Assembly (NCBI GenBank): GCA_963754655.1
Contig: CAVWGN010000001.1
Location: 128,001-192,000, forward strand
DNA length: 64,000 bases
DNA from: an uncultured Chlamydiae bacterium
GTDB taxonomy: Bacteria > Chlamydiota > Chlamydiia > Chlamydiales > Parachlamydiaceae
Direction of reading: 5' to 3'
Position numbers and translations under genes: made by a program. The notes beneath the pieces are model-generated. The model did no database searches and was not told the origin of the DNA. It was given only the letters and a program-made list of their open reading frames with translations. Positions 10,301 through 18,933 of the stretch are shown here, in pieces (position 1 is the first letter of the stretch; every line of letters starts with the position of its first letter).

Positions 10301-10672
10301 GAGAACAGAGGAAGTCAATGTTTTTGGTTCCGTGTCCTGAAATTGTTTTTGCAAAACCATCACAATTTCTCGAGGAGTGAAATAAAAGGTGGACCCATAT
10401 TCGCGAGTCAAGTACTTGACACTGGGATCGATTTGCCCCTCATTTTTTTCAAAATACATGGGAAGCTTAACTATTTGAGCAATGACATCTGTCTTTGTTG
10501 AAGGAGAGGCTTCCGCTTCCTTTGATGGTAAAGTCTTTTTTTCAGAAAATGGTGAAAAAGAACCAAAAGAGAGACCTGCTGTCAGAAGAACCACACCCAA
10601 TAAGGCTGTCAGTCCACTTCCTATTCGCAAAAATTTTTGTTTGCTTGCCTGATGCATCCCGTTAATCCTCAA
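7373..10672 (-). CDS. Secreted SBBP beta-propeller repeat protein with two IPT/TIG domains, an Ig-like domain and a C-terminal FN3-like domain
   Basis: Signal/TM segment; seven YS(T/S)YLGG...GIAVDSSG.AYVTG.T.S.NFP repeats; GPTSGGTSVILTG IPT motifs; PNPTPLGQPVTLTATV Ig domain. Confidence 0.85.
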   Translation of the reverse strand: MRINGMHQASKQKFLRIGSGLTALLGVVLLTAGLSFGSFSPFSEKKTLPSKEAEASPSTKTDVIAQIVKLPMYFEKNEGQIDPSVKYLTREYGSTFYFTPREIVMVLQKQFQDTEPKTLTSSVLKIQFVGAQVNPLITGIDEQPSKSNYFIGNQPEKWLTNIPHYAKVSYQDLYSGIDALFYGNARQLEYDILVAPGQDPQHVRLHIEGAKELSIDESGHLHLVLEDQQEVQMQKPFVYQMMGENQIAIEGQFVLLAQNEVGFLLGKYDRNQTLVIDPVLAYSTYLGGGGSEIGMGIAVDSSGSAYVTGYTESLNFPTTTGAYQASLTSSRRNAFITKLNPGGTALSYSTYLGGNGMDQGNGIAVDSSGSAYVTGNTQSSNFPLTADAFQTSLAMNATQNAFITKLNPGGTALSYSTYLGGNGVDQGNGIAVDSGGNTYVTGFTSSSNFPTTTDAFQPSLAANASQNAFITKLIPGENALSYSTYLGGNGTDSGNGIAVDSSGTAYVTGATNSSNFPTTTDAFQKTLLGITDAFITKLIPGEIALSYSTYLGGNGADIGNGITVDSSGSAYVTGATNSLNFPITMNAFQTSLKGGQNAFITKLIPGESALSYSTYLGGGNDLGFGIAVDNSGSAYVTGNTRSSDFPTTTDAFQTSISGFYDAFITKLNSGGTALSYSSYLGGSLLDEGYGIAVDSSGSAYVTGFTNSTNFPTTAGAFQTSRASIFNGNAFISKFEIGTPVITAISSTCGPTSGGTSVILTGQNFTNATAVDFGFNAASFLIINNDTQIIAVSPSGTAGTANITVTAPGGPSEPSAASQFTYVPTPTVASLNPSAGCATGGTTVTITGANFTGVSTVYFGSTAAPFVVNSDTQITATSPLGIGTVDVTVITCGGTSLTSAADGFTYQQTTRTMLTVSPNPTPLGQPVTLTATVTPSTATGIVTFLDGDSVLGTAPLVNGTAVFTLSSLAVGNQALSAAYSGDSAYCPSASSVVVLTVITAFPPTHLKGFQRTNIFATQRDIVNILVWKAPNKGTPIVAYKIYRDRSLTKLIAEISAKERLRFKDHNRKEGKTYTYFIVSVDQFGNVSVPAQVMIKARDES
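8470..9835 (-). repeat. Seven intragenic ~60-codon SBBP repeats
   Basis: Recurrent CCACCCAAATAGGTCGAGTAGCTAAG and CTGTCCACGGCAATGCCATTCCC blocks; boundaries approximate. Confidence 0.8.
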
Positions 10673-10753
10673 AAATTAATTGATCAAAGTTTTCCATGAA
10701 TTGTTCAATAGTTTGAGTTTCTAGGACTTGAATTTAAAAGTCAAAAATATTTT

Positions 10754-12331
10754 TTAATAAAATCTCTGCATCTTCATATTTATACGTGGGCCAGATGCCG
10801 TCATTACAACTTTAGCCAAAGCTTCTGAAGTATAAGCAAAGGGAAGAATTGAAACTGCTGCAATACGAACTTGATTAGGATCCGCTCCCTTAGCAATTGC
10901 TTGAGCTTTGGCTTGTTCTTTCAATTGTTCCAAGATCTTCTCTCTTTCTTTAAGAGAAACTACAACATCAACCAAACTTGAAACTTCTGCCAATCCTGCT
11001 CCATAAGCATTGGCAACTGCTGCTTCTGCCGGCATCCAGCCCTTCAAACCAAAATCTTGGAAAAGAGGCTGTAAAAGTGAGGCTCCGCCTCCAACCAAAA
11101 TAACAGGAAATTCATGGCGATTGCCTCTTAGGCGCAGAATGGACTGATGGATTTGTTGGCATACATCTTTGACAATTTCCTTAGCTTCTAAACTACTTAA
11201 TCCAATCTTATCTCTTTTTCCTCCCTCTACTAATAAACAGCCTGCAGCAACACCTGCATCTGTTAAAGTAAGAGTAGGACCGCCAAATACTCGGGACAAC
11301 TGTTGCAGCTTCCTGGACACGCTTTGCGGCCCTACTTGGAAAGATTGCCCATCCCTGATTTGAACATGGCTTCCTCCACCAAGAGCCAGTGAGACCATGT
11401 CAGGCATAGCAAAATGCAGTGGCACTCCTCCTATGGCTGCAGCTTGTAAAGAAGAGCGTGCATAGCCTCCTTCAATAATTCCAATATCAGTTGACGTTCC
11501 TCCTATATCCACGACGATCGCTTCATGAATTCCACATAACCGAGAAGCACCCATAAAGGAGTTTGTGGGTCCAGCACCAATCGTTTTAATAGGAAAATGA
11601 ATGGCATCCTCTAAACTGAGCAAGCTACCATTATTTTGCGTTAACCATAAAGAAGCTTGAATATTCAACTGCTTTAACACGCATTCCATGCTGTTGAATC
11701 CATTGGCGATAACTTTTTTAAGCGCTGAGTTCAGCAAAGCGGCATTTTCCCGCTCAATCAATCCAATTCCTCCAATTTGATGCGAAAGAGAAAAAGGAAA
11801 CTCTGCTCCAGCTAATTCTTGAATCAGTATTCCCACTTCTTGTTCTTGATATCCGTTGAGAGGAGAAAAAGCTCCCACTACGCTAATGGCTTCCACTTCA
11901 TTCTCTAGTAAACCCTGAATTGCTGCCTTAATCTCTTGTCGATTAAATCTTGAAGAGGCTCTGCCATCGCATTCATAGCCTCCTTCGCATGTCTCGCAAG
12001 CTCCAATGACCTTTTGTTTAAGAAAATGAGGCCAGCCAAATCCAGCAGAAGGGAATCTAGGTTTGCCATCTAATAATCTTAATAAGCCCACTTTTAGCAA
12101 ATCTTTTCCCTCCAAAATCGCATTGGTTGCATGGGTCGTTCCTATGACGACACTGTCAATCGCATTAGGAGGAATAGCCGCTTGCTTTAATAGCTGCTCT
12201 AGGATGATTTTAACCCCTTCATTCAATAAAGCAGTAGTTGTCGTTTTGCCCCATGCATGATTTTTTCCTTGATTGTCGAGAAGAACCCCATCGATATGTG
12301 TTCCTCCAATGTCAATTCCAATCGTATACAT
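10754..12331 (-). CDS. Hydantoinase/oxoprolinase (HyuA-like) family protein
   Basis: IGIDIGGTHID, IGTTHATNA, ERENAALLN, GPTNS, VVDIGGTSTDIG, VANAYGA. Confidence 0.88.
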   Translation of the reverse strand: MYTIGIDIGGTHIDGVLLDNQGKNHAWGKTTTTALLNEGVKIILEQLLKQAAIPPNAIDSVVIGTTHATNAILEGKDLLKVGLLRLLDGKPRFPSAGFGWPHFLKQKVIGACETCEGGYECDGRASSRFNRQEIKAAIQGLLENEVEAISVVGAFSPLNGYQEQEVGILIQELAGAEFPFSLSHQIGGIGLIERENAALLNSALKKVIANGFNSMECVLKQLNIQASLWLTQNNGSLLSLEDAIHFPIKTIGAGPTNSFMGASRLCGIHEAIVVDIGGTSTDIGIIEGGYARSSLQAAAIGGVPLHFAMPDMVSLALGGGSHVQIRDGQSFQVGPQSVSRKLQQLSRVFGGPTLTLTDAGVAAGCLLVEGGKRDKIGLSSLEAKEIVKDVCQQIHQSILRLRGNRHEFPVILVGGGASLLQPLFQDFGLKGWMPAEAAVANAYGAGLAEVSSLVDVVVSLKEREKILEQLKEQAKAQAIAKGADPNQVRIAAVSILPFAYTSEALAKVVMTASGPRINMKMQRFY

Positions 12332-12336
12332 TATAT

Positions 12337-13416
12337 TTACCCTTTTGCTGATAGAGGATGATAATCACACTGAAATCCAAATGCTTTTGGTCCTACACAC
12401 GCTAAGCCTATCGGTGTTTGCCAAATATGAGGTGCAGGCAAGGCGCAAACGCACACCTGCAGCCCAAAGGCCAGCCGTTCTACAGGCACCGGAAGACCGC
12501 TGTCATTGTCAAATATGACAATGATATCCGGTGTCGTCACCAAAAACTGTTGGTTTTGTCCTTCAACTGCCAAAAATTCATTCTGATAATGGATGTTCCA
12601 TTGTTGCATGCCCTTTTCAATCAGCACATGCCCTTTTAAAAATGAACCCTCCAAAGAAGAGACCACATCCACAATGGTTCCCTCAAATAAGAATTTCCCT
12701 TGCCATTGCTTGAGAAGGGCGGGGGCCGACCGCTCTCCCTTTTCTCCCGCTTCTAAAAAAGCTTTTCCCATTTGAATGGCTAAAGAAAGCGATCCTTTGA
12801 TCAAAATCTGCTTGGCTTGCTTGCCTTGCAAAGGATAAGTGCAAACAGCAGCGCTAGCTCCCATCGAGGTGGTGAGCGCTCGCAATTGCCTTTCCATACT
12901 TTTTCCATCGTTAGCATGGACAATGGCATATTGATCTTGATTATCCACAATGATAGCAGGAGAAGGAGATAAACCCGCCAGTTCGCAAACACTCATATTC
13001 ATTTCTGGAAAAGCTCTTCCAAATGTATCCGCATCGAGTACCGGAAGACCTAATTGACCTGCAGCACAGAAAGGAGCAAATGCATTAGATCCTCCAATTT
13101 CAAAAGGCACTAAAGCTGAAACGGGTCTTTGACATTGAGCCAATTGCTTGACAATGAGTGGAAATTCTCTACCGCTTGGAAGTTTCTCTAAACAGACAAG
13201 CGGAGCACCCATGTATCCAACTGGAGCCACCCAAGCATGATCATCCAAATCTTCTACTGAAAGCAAAAGGACAGGTCCCCATTCGCGAATGCATTCCTTG
13301 GCCGTGATCAGGTCATAAGCTGGATCGCCTCCTCCTCCTGATCCCAAAATATTTGCTCCGATGGCCAAAGCATCCAATTCTCTTTCTCCAATCATGGATG
13401 GTGTAGATAGTTTCAT
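12337..13416 (-). CDS. DUF917 family protein (S-methyl thiohydantoin desulfurase-like)
   Basis: GA.ILGSGGGGDP, MGAP, EIGGSN, DADTFGRAFPE, QNE, TPDII. Confidence 0.88.
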   Translation of the reverse strand: MKLSTPSMIGERELDALAIGANILGSGGGGDPAYDLITAKECIREWGPVLLLSVEDLDDHAWVAPVGYMGAPLVCLEKLPSGREFPLIVKQLAQCQRPVSALVPFEIGGSNAFAPFCAAGQLGLPVLDADTFGRAFPEMNMSVCELAGLSPSPAIIVDNQDQYAIVHANDGKSMERQLRALTTSMGASAAVCTYPLQGKQAKQILIKGSLSLAIQMGKAFLEAGEKGERSAPALLKQWQGKFLFEGTIVDVVSSLEGSFLKGHVLIEKGMQQWNIHYQNEFLAVEGQNQQFLVTTPDIIVIFDNDSGLPVPVERLAFGLQVCVCALPAPHIWQTPIGLACVGPKAFGFQCDYHPLSAKG

Positions 13417-14684
13417 CCGATTTCCTCCCTTAGTGTGTGTTGAACAGGTTTAAAGAAACTCTCTAATAGTTGAATGACAGGTAAAGTCATCATGGCAACT
13501 AAACCTGCATCCAAAACCGGAGCTCCCGATCCCCATTGAGGCCAGATAAAAGCGCTGAGTCCTATTCCAATTCCTAAACCCCAGGACAACCAAATGAAAA
13601 GAGGTTTGGCAGCCAAACCATAGCATTCTAAAACATAAGCCATAAACATGACGCCTCCCATAGCAACGACAAAGATTCCCATGAGATCTAAGACCAAGGC
13701 AAATTGTTCTAACACGGGAATAAAAACAAGCAAGCATCCTGCAATGCCTGCCAATCCCATGGCACCAGGAAAAGATAATCCCTTTGAAAGACTTTTCAAA
13801 CTCAACGCCGCTGAATAGAGATTAACATTATTCGTGGTCCAACCAGCTAAGAGCATGAAGCAAACCACCCAAATCTTCCATGAAAGAGACGGCTGAGCAG
13901 CCAAAGCTTCACTAATCGTTGACGCTTGGGTACCATAATAGAGCCACATCCCAGCGAGTTGAACCAGGGGCATTGCAATGAGATAATTAGCCACAGATGC
14001 GCCAATTGTTGCTTTTCGAGAATTAGCATGTCGATAAAAGGTAGGGAGATCAATTGTAGCCGCCATAGAGGAAGCCAATACAAGTGAAACTCCTTTACCA
14101 TCCCATAATATGTTGGACCAAGAAGGCATAGCGGATAATTCTGCCCAAGAGACATCGCCTAATTGATAAACAGAATAACCAATGGTGAACACAAGCAAAG
14201 GAATGCAAACATTAGACATCCAAGTTAAAAAATGGAGCCCCCAAAAAGCCCCTGCGATCATGAGCGCAGCAAGCATGAAGCTCAGCAAATGCTTCCAAGA
14301 CTCGTGGTTTAAAGACTCGGCTCCTTGCAAATATTGCATCAAATGAAAAACATCGGTGCCCATGCACTGGGTCTGAATGGCAAACCATCCCAACATCGAA
14401 CTCGCTAAGGTCAAAGCAAAAAATGCTCTTCCTGTTGAACCAAAGTAAAAAGACGCATACTCCGCCGTTGTCAGATTGCGCTTAGCGCTCATAAAACCTG
14501 CAATCAACGCTAAAGCAAACAACAAAAGGTTACCCCATAGAATGGAAAATAGCATGCTCAGCGGATGCCCTTGTTTAGCAAGTTCATAGCCTACCAGGAG
14601 GAGAGGAAGGCAAATCGCTCCTCCGACTTGTACGCTAGCAAGTTGCCTCCAGTTTTGTTTTTCAATTGTTGATAATTGATTCAT
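13413..14684 (-). CDS. Purine-cytosine permease (NCS1/CodB-like) transporter
   Basis: About 12 TM segments; GWFAIQT and WTTNNVNLYS motifs; ATGA overlaps with both neighbours. Confidence 0.82.
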   Translation of the reverse strand: MNQLSTIEKQNWRQLASVQVGGAICLPLLLVGYELAKQGHPLSMLFSILWGNLLLFALALIAGFMSAKRNLTTAEYASFYFGSTGRAFFALTLASSMLGWFAIQTQCMGTDVFHLMQYLQGAESLNHESWKHLLSFMLAALMIAGAFWGLHFLTWMSNVCIPLLVFTIGYSVYQLGDVSWAELSAMPSWSNILWDGKGVSLVLASSMAATIDLPTFYRHANSRKATIGASVANYLIAMPLVQLAGMWLYYGTQASTISEALAAQPSLSWKIWVVCFMLLAGWTTNNVNLYSAALSLKSLSKGLSFPGAMGLAGIAGCLLVFIPVLEQFALVLDLMGIFVVAMGGVMFMAYVLECYGLAAKPLFIWLSWGLGIGIGLSAFIWPQWGSGAPVLDAGLVAMMTLPVIQLLESFFKPVQHTLREEIG

Positions 14685-16162
14685 TGCGCACCCCTTGATT
14701 TGTCCTCTTTAAATTCCTCTTTAAAATTCAATCCGTCTTCATTGGATGTGGATGTGGCTATTGATGCACATAAATCAAGTTCTGCCTGCTGATTGCTTAA
14801 TCTATCGGCAAAAATATGCGAAAGAATAAGCAGAGATTGATTATAAAAGGCGCATCCTTTTTCCTGTGCTTCTTCTTTGAGAGCATCCAGTCGTTGGGCT
14901 TCAAAGTTGTATTTTGGTTCTTTTAAAATGGCAATGACCTCCGATGGCTTCTGTTGAAAGGAATCTGCATCACTCGTGTATTGCTTATGCTGTGCTCCAT
15001 CTAATTCGCAAATGTGCATAAAGTCGAAGTCTTTTAACAATCTTTCCAAATAAACAGATGTCAATTCTTTCTCGACTAACTTGCCGCTTCTTTTTCCTTC
15101 TACTACAACGACAGGTCCATCTACCCATTTTTGATCAAAGGGTGTAATGACAAAATGTTTCCCATTTTGAGGAGATAAGTAAAGGGCAATGTCAGAGGGT
15201 GTTTCTGGCTCTTGATAACGGTGAGCATGAACGCATTTTTTCAATTTAAGCAAAATAGGAATTTGCTTTTGCAAGCAAACTTGAAAGGTTCCTGTTAAGC
15301 TATAAAAATCGGGAAGCTCTATTTTTCCTTCTACCGTTTTCTGGCTTTGACTTAAAATTGAATAGATATCTGAATCTTTTAGTTTCTGCGTCTCCTTCAA
15401 AAGAAACTGCACAGATAAATTTGTTAGATTTTTTTTTGCCAATCGATAGACATCTTTTTCAATGAGATTCATATTAATCGTAGGACTTTCCCATTTTTTT
15501 AAGCAGTCACTGAGTTTTTTCTCAATTGTCACCTCTTTAAACACATGGTGATGCAAGTCAAGGATTTGTCCACATGATTTATGAGCACACATGACATTGT
15601 CTTTTTTTTCCACCGCCTTATAGTCCTTAACAAGAGTTAAAATATAAGCATGAATGACATAAATGAGTTCAAGGTCAATCTCTGTTTTTACCTCTAATTT
15701 TGCTAAGGCATCTTGAATGGTAAAGCAATAAGAATTCGATTTGTGATCTGATTGCAAGGTTTTAATGGCAGAGACAATAGGAGTTAAAAAGCCTGACATT
15801 TGTTTGCCTTTTTGGCACCACGTAGAGAGATCAGGCCCCACCCCTCTCAAAATTGCTTGTTTAGCTTTTAAATCTTGCAAAACAAGCTCTAGATTCTCTT
15901 TCAACAAAGAATCTTTAGCAAAAAGATTTTGTGCAATAGCAGCGATGCGCAAGGCTCGTAAGTGGCAGGAGCAATCGGTTGCCAACGAATCAAAAGCTGT
16001 TAACTCTCCGTTTTTAAGACTTTCCAGGGCTCGAATTGCAAAGCCATACATTCCAGAAATCGTATTACATACCTTGATCGCTTCTCCTGCTTTTGAAAAA
16101 TCAACCCCTTTATTGACAGGAAGAAGAACATCGGGGAAACAATATGTTTGATGAACTAACAT
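14681..16162 (-). CDS. Hypothetical protein, first gene of the DUF917 operon
   Basis: 493-aa ORF whose stop overlaps the permease start (ATGA); no family recognised. Confidence 0.7.
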   Translation of the reverse strand: MLVHQTYCFPDVLLPVNKGVDFSKAGEAIKVCNTISGMYGFAIRALESLKNGELTAFDSLATDCSCHLRALRIAAIAQNLFAKDSLLKENLELVLQDLKAKQAILRGVGPDLSTWCQKGKQMSGFLTPIVSAIKTLQSDHKSNSYCFTIQDALAKLEVKTEIDLELIYVIHAYILTLVKDYKAVEKKDNVMCAHKSCGQILDLHHHVFKEVTIEKKLSDCLKKWESPTINMNLIEKDVYRLAKKNLTNLSVQFLLKETQKLKDSDIYSILSQSQKTVEGKIELPDFYSLTGTFQVCLQKQIPILLKLKKCVHAHRYQEPETPSDIALYLSPQNGKHFVITPFDQKWVDGPVVVVEGKRSGKLVEKELTSVYLERLLKDFDFMHICELDGAQHKQYTSDADSFQQKPSEVIAILKEPKYNFEAQRLDALKEEAQEKGCAFYNQSLLILSHIFADRLSNQQAELDLCASIATSTSNEDGLNFKEEFKEDKSRGAQ

Positions 16163-16371
16163 AAATATAAATCCTTATCACTTAGTCGCATAAGCGAGTA
16201 AAATTAAAATTAATTACAGTTATTTGACCGCAGTCAGGCATCTGCAAAAGTTGTGATAAATGATTTTAATTAACGTTTGATCGACAACTCTAAAGCAGAC
16301 AGAAAGCTCATGCCAAGTTAAGCAAAGCCTTTCATCGATAAATCAAAGTGTAAGAAAAATAAGTGTTACGC

Positions 16372-16494
16372 CTAACGGCGGCGAGAATAAAAATGGCGGG
16401 AAGGGCAAGACAAAGCAAAACATCCAGTTGCAGCTGCAACTGATGCAGAAGAATGAAAGGCCTTTAAGGCTGTATCAAAGGAGTGATGTTTCAT
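16372..16494 (-). CDS. Putative 40-aa leader peptide MKHHSFDTALKAFHSSASVAAATGCFALSCPSRHFYSRRR
   Basis: ATG to TAG ORF on the operon strand, ending ~210 nt upstream of the 493-aa gene; TATAAT (minus strand) at 16505-16510; no clear SD. Confidence 0.3.
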   Translation of the reverse strand: MKHHSFDTALKAFHSSASVAAATGCFALSCPSRHFYSRRR

Positions 16495-16679
16495 AATTTA
16501 TCTAATTATATTAAAAGTTCTCTAAATATAATAGCAAATTCATTGAATTTTGTCTTGCATTTTTTTTCTTAATGTGAAATTGCGAAATTGCGTTTGATGA
16601 AAACATGTTTGGGATGGGACGATTCTCTTGTAGTCCTTCAGACTACATGACGAGAGCCAATCTAACCCAGGGCATCGCC

Positions 16680-18153
16680 CAATGTCATCAAATTAAAAAA
16701 AATAATATATTCATAAGGCTCGCCTCCTGTTCATAGGGTACTTCCTACGGGTTTTTCGAATATGTGGAAATCTTCTTTCAGATCTTATTGGTACAGTACT
16801 TTTTTTCATGGCTTTTTTCATTTGTTCGCAAAATACCTCTAAATTCCTTTCAGGATCATATAGAGCTTCTACAATTTCATCTTTCAAAATACTAATCGAA
16901 ATATTTTTATTAATTTTATAATCATATTTATATTTTCCTTTATATATTTGTTCTTCCTCTGCTTGCGCTTCTTCAGCTAGTAAAGCTCTGATATTTCCTG
17001 TAAAGATTGTCGCATAGAAATCTTGTTCAATAGCATGTGGTGTTTTACCACTAAAATTTTCAATTTCTACCCAAACTTTTTGAAATTTGTAGTTTTCCTC
17101 TCCTCCCCATCTCAGATGGTACAAATCCTTAAAAATCTTATATTCAAATATTTTTTTATCTAATAACGAAGTAATTAATATTTCTTTTTCTCCTGTACAA
17201 AGATCAATAATAAGAACTCTAATTTTAATAAAAGATTTTAAGCTTACATTAGGAAGTCGCTTTTGAAAATCTTCTTCTTTTTTCACCGAAAAGCCTACTC
17301 GGATTGATTTCTATAATTACATCTCTTTTACCACTTGTAAGAAATTCGATTGACAACAGAGAGCCAAGCTGTACTGCATCTCATAACAAAATTTTTCTTA
17401 TGAAAAAGTAAAAAAAATATTAAAGTAATAAAAGGATAGCCTCGATCAAATAGATAAAGGTCTTCAGCTTCCTTAGAAGGGAGGACTTCTAAAATATGAT
17501 CAAAAGCCATTGTTCGTTCGCAGACTTTATAAGGCCTCATAATGGCGTCCAAAGTTATTCCATTAAGAGGGTCATATGCATACGAAATTCGAGCCATGCT
17601 CATCCCTTCCTTTTGATTTGAACATGTTCCATATTTTTCTTTAATAGAGTCGCCTTCAGGTAATTGAAGAGTAGATCCATCTACAACAATAAGACGATAG
17701 CCTAGAAATGTTTTAAACTCGTTATCAGAATAAAATTCTTCAATCAATGTCTTATTCAATCTCTATAAAAGCTGTAGGTAATAATTTTTTTCTTGCTGCA
17801 GAAAAAGCTTGTTTTGATATTATTGGCAAGTACATGAATTTTCCAAAATTGTTTAATTCGACTTGCAAGCTTCTACGCATAAAATTTAAAATAAGCAAGA
17901 TCAAGATTGGAAATGTAATGATGCAGGATCGAATGAAATCTTCCTTATTTGATCTATAAGTCATTTTAAAATTTTCACTTAGAATAAGAACTCTGATTTT
18001 TTCTAAGATTTCGTGCGTTTTCTTTTTCATGGTATTCCTTTTTTCGGGTTCACAGTGGTATGTAAAACCGAAAGAATATACCATGAAATTTTATAATAAT
18101 TAAATCATAAAATGATGTTTTTAAGTATGTTGGAGCTTATTTTGACGACATTG
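16680..18153 (-). mobile_element. IS4-family insertion sequence, 1474 bp
   Basis: 17-bp TIRs CAATGTCATCAAATTAA and TTATTTTGACGACATTG (2 mismatches); 10-bp TSD GGGCATCGCC at 16670-16679 and 18154-18163. Confidence 0.92.
16711..18030 (-). pseudogene. IS4-family DDE transposase, frameshifted
   Basis: Fragments carry SKQAFSAARKKL, LIVVDGS, LFDRGY and LYHLRWGGE...K (YREK-like). Frame breaks near 17755, 17340 and 17280. Confidence 0.85.
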
Positions 18154-18168
18154 GGGCATCGCCCTGGG

Positions 18169-18314
18169 TCGGGACTTAACAAAGAACTGTTTTTGGGCTT
18201 AATATTCGTCGAGTCAATTTAACAATACCCCGCCTGTAACAGGCTTTAGAGGCATATTTCACGAAAATGACGCGAAAAACATCAAGCCCAAAACAGTTCT
18301 TTGTTAAGTCCCGG
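18169..18314. mobile_element. 146-bp MITE, copy 1
   Basis: ~30-bp terminal IR (C/T)CGGGACTTAACAAAGAACTGTTTTGGGCTT; inverted copy at 18679..18824. Confidence 0.85.
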
Positions 18315-18371
18315 CCATAGGCTAGGGACGAAATGCTTCTGGCAAACTCCAGAAGCTAAAATTGTCGCTCA

Positions 18372-18601
18372 AGCGGCGTTAGCCGCACATGGATAGTAGC
18401 CGTGGGTGTAGGCGAAGCCGGAACCCACGGTGTGGTAAAAAATGAAGCCACGTTAGTGGCGTAGGAAATGTGATTGTGGAGCAATGTTTATTTAAACGAA
18501 TGCTACGCCACTAACGTGGCTCAAATTTGTTTTTTGGGTAGCCGTGGGTTTCGGCTTGCGCCTACACCCACGGCTACTATCCATGCGCGGCTAACGCCGC
18601 T
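18372..18601. repeat. REPIN-like 230-bp palindrome
   Basis: Arms 18372-18430 and 18542-18601 contain a GTAG-CCGTGGG...CCCACGG REP-type hairpin; inner arms AGCCACGTTAGTGGCGTAG at 18446-18464 and 18503-18521. Confidence 0.85.
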
Positions 18602-18678
18602 CGTCGCTGAGGGAAAGGATATGGATCAAGCAACATTGCAAAAACAAAGATAAAAAATTCCGATTACCTAGCCATATG

Positions 18679-18824
18679 CCGGGACTTAACAAAGAACTGT
18701 TTTGGGCTTGATGGTTTTTCGCGTCATTTTCGAGAAATATGCCTTTAAAGCCTGTTACAGCCGGGTATTGTTAAATTGACACGAAGAATATCAAGCCCAA
18801 AAATAGTTCTTTGTTAAGTCCCGG
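18679..18824. mobile_element. 146-bp MITE, copy 2 (inverted relative to copy 1)
   Basis: Its reverse complement matches 18169..18314 with few substitutions; followed by CCCTGGG, which also precedes copy 1. Confidence 0.85.
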
Positions 18825-18933
18825 CCCTGGGCTGTCTTTATTGAAGCCTTTCAGGCTATTAAACAAATCAAGCGATTTGGTTATGTAAGGGACATCCCTG
18901 ATTCTTTGATCTCGCTCGTGTAAGGTTCTTTAA

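Larger units (their letters stand above)
16586..18896 (+). repeat. Copy of the ~160-bp tnpA-end/REP repeat, split by two nested insertions
   Basis: 16586-16679 plus 18825-18896 align with 39187-39345 once the inserts are removed. Confidence 0.85.

Noticed and set aside
16711..18030. Programmed frameshifting in the IS4 transposase
   Set aside because: There are about three separate frame breaks, and IS4 elements normally have a single ORF; decay or sequencing error is more likely.
18169..18824. Possible CRISPR array from the repeated GGGACTTAACAAAGAAC
   Set aside because: The copies are inverted termini of two MITEs, not direct repeats with unique spacers; no cas genes are present.
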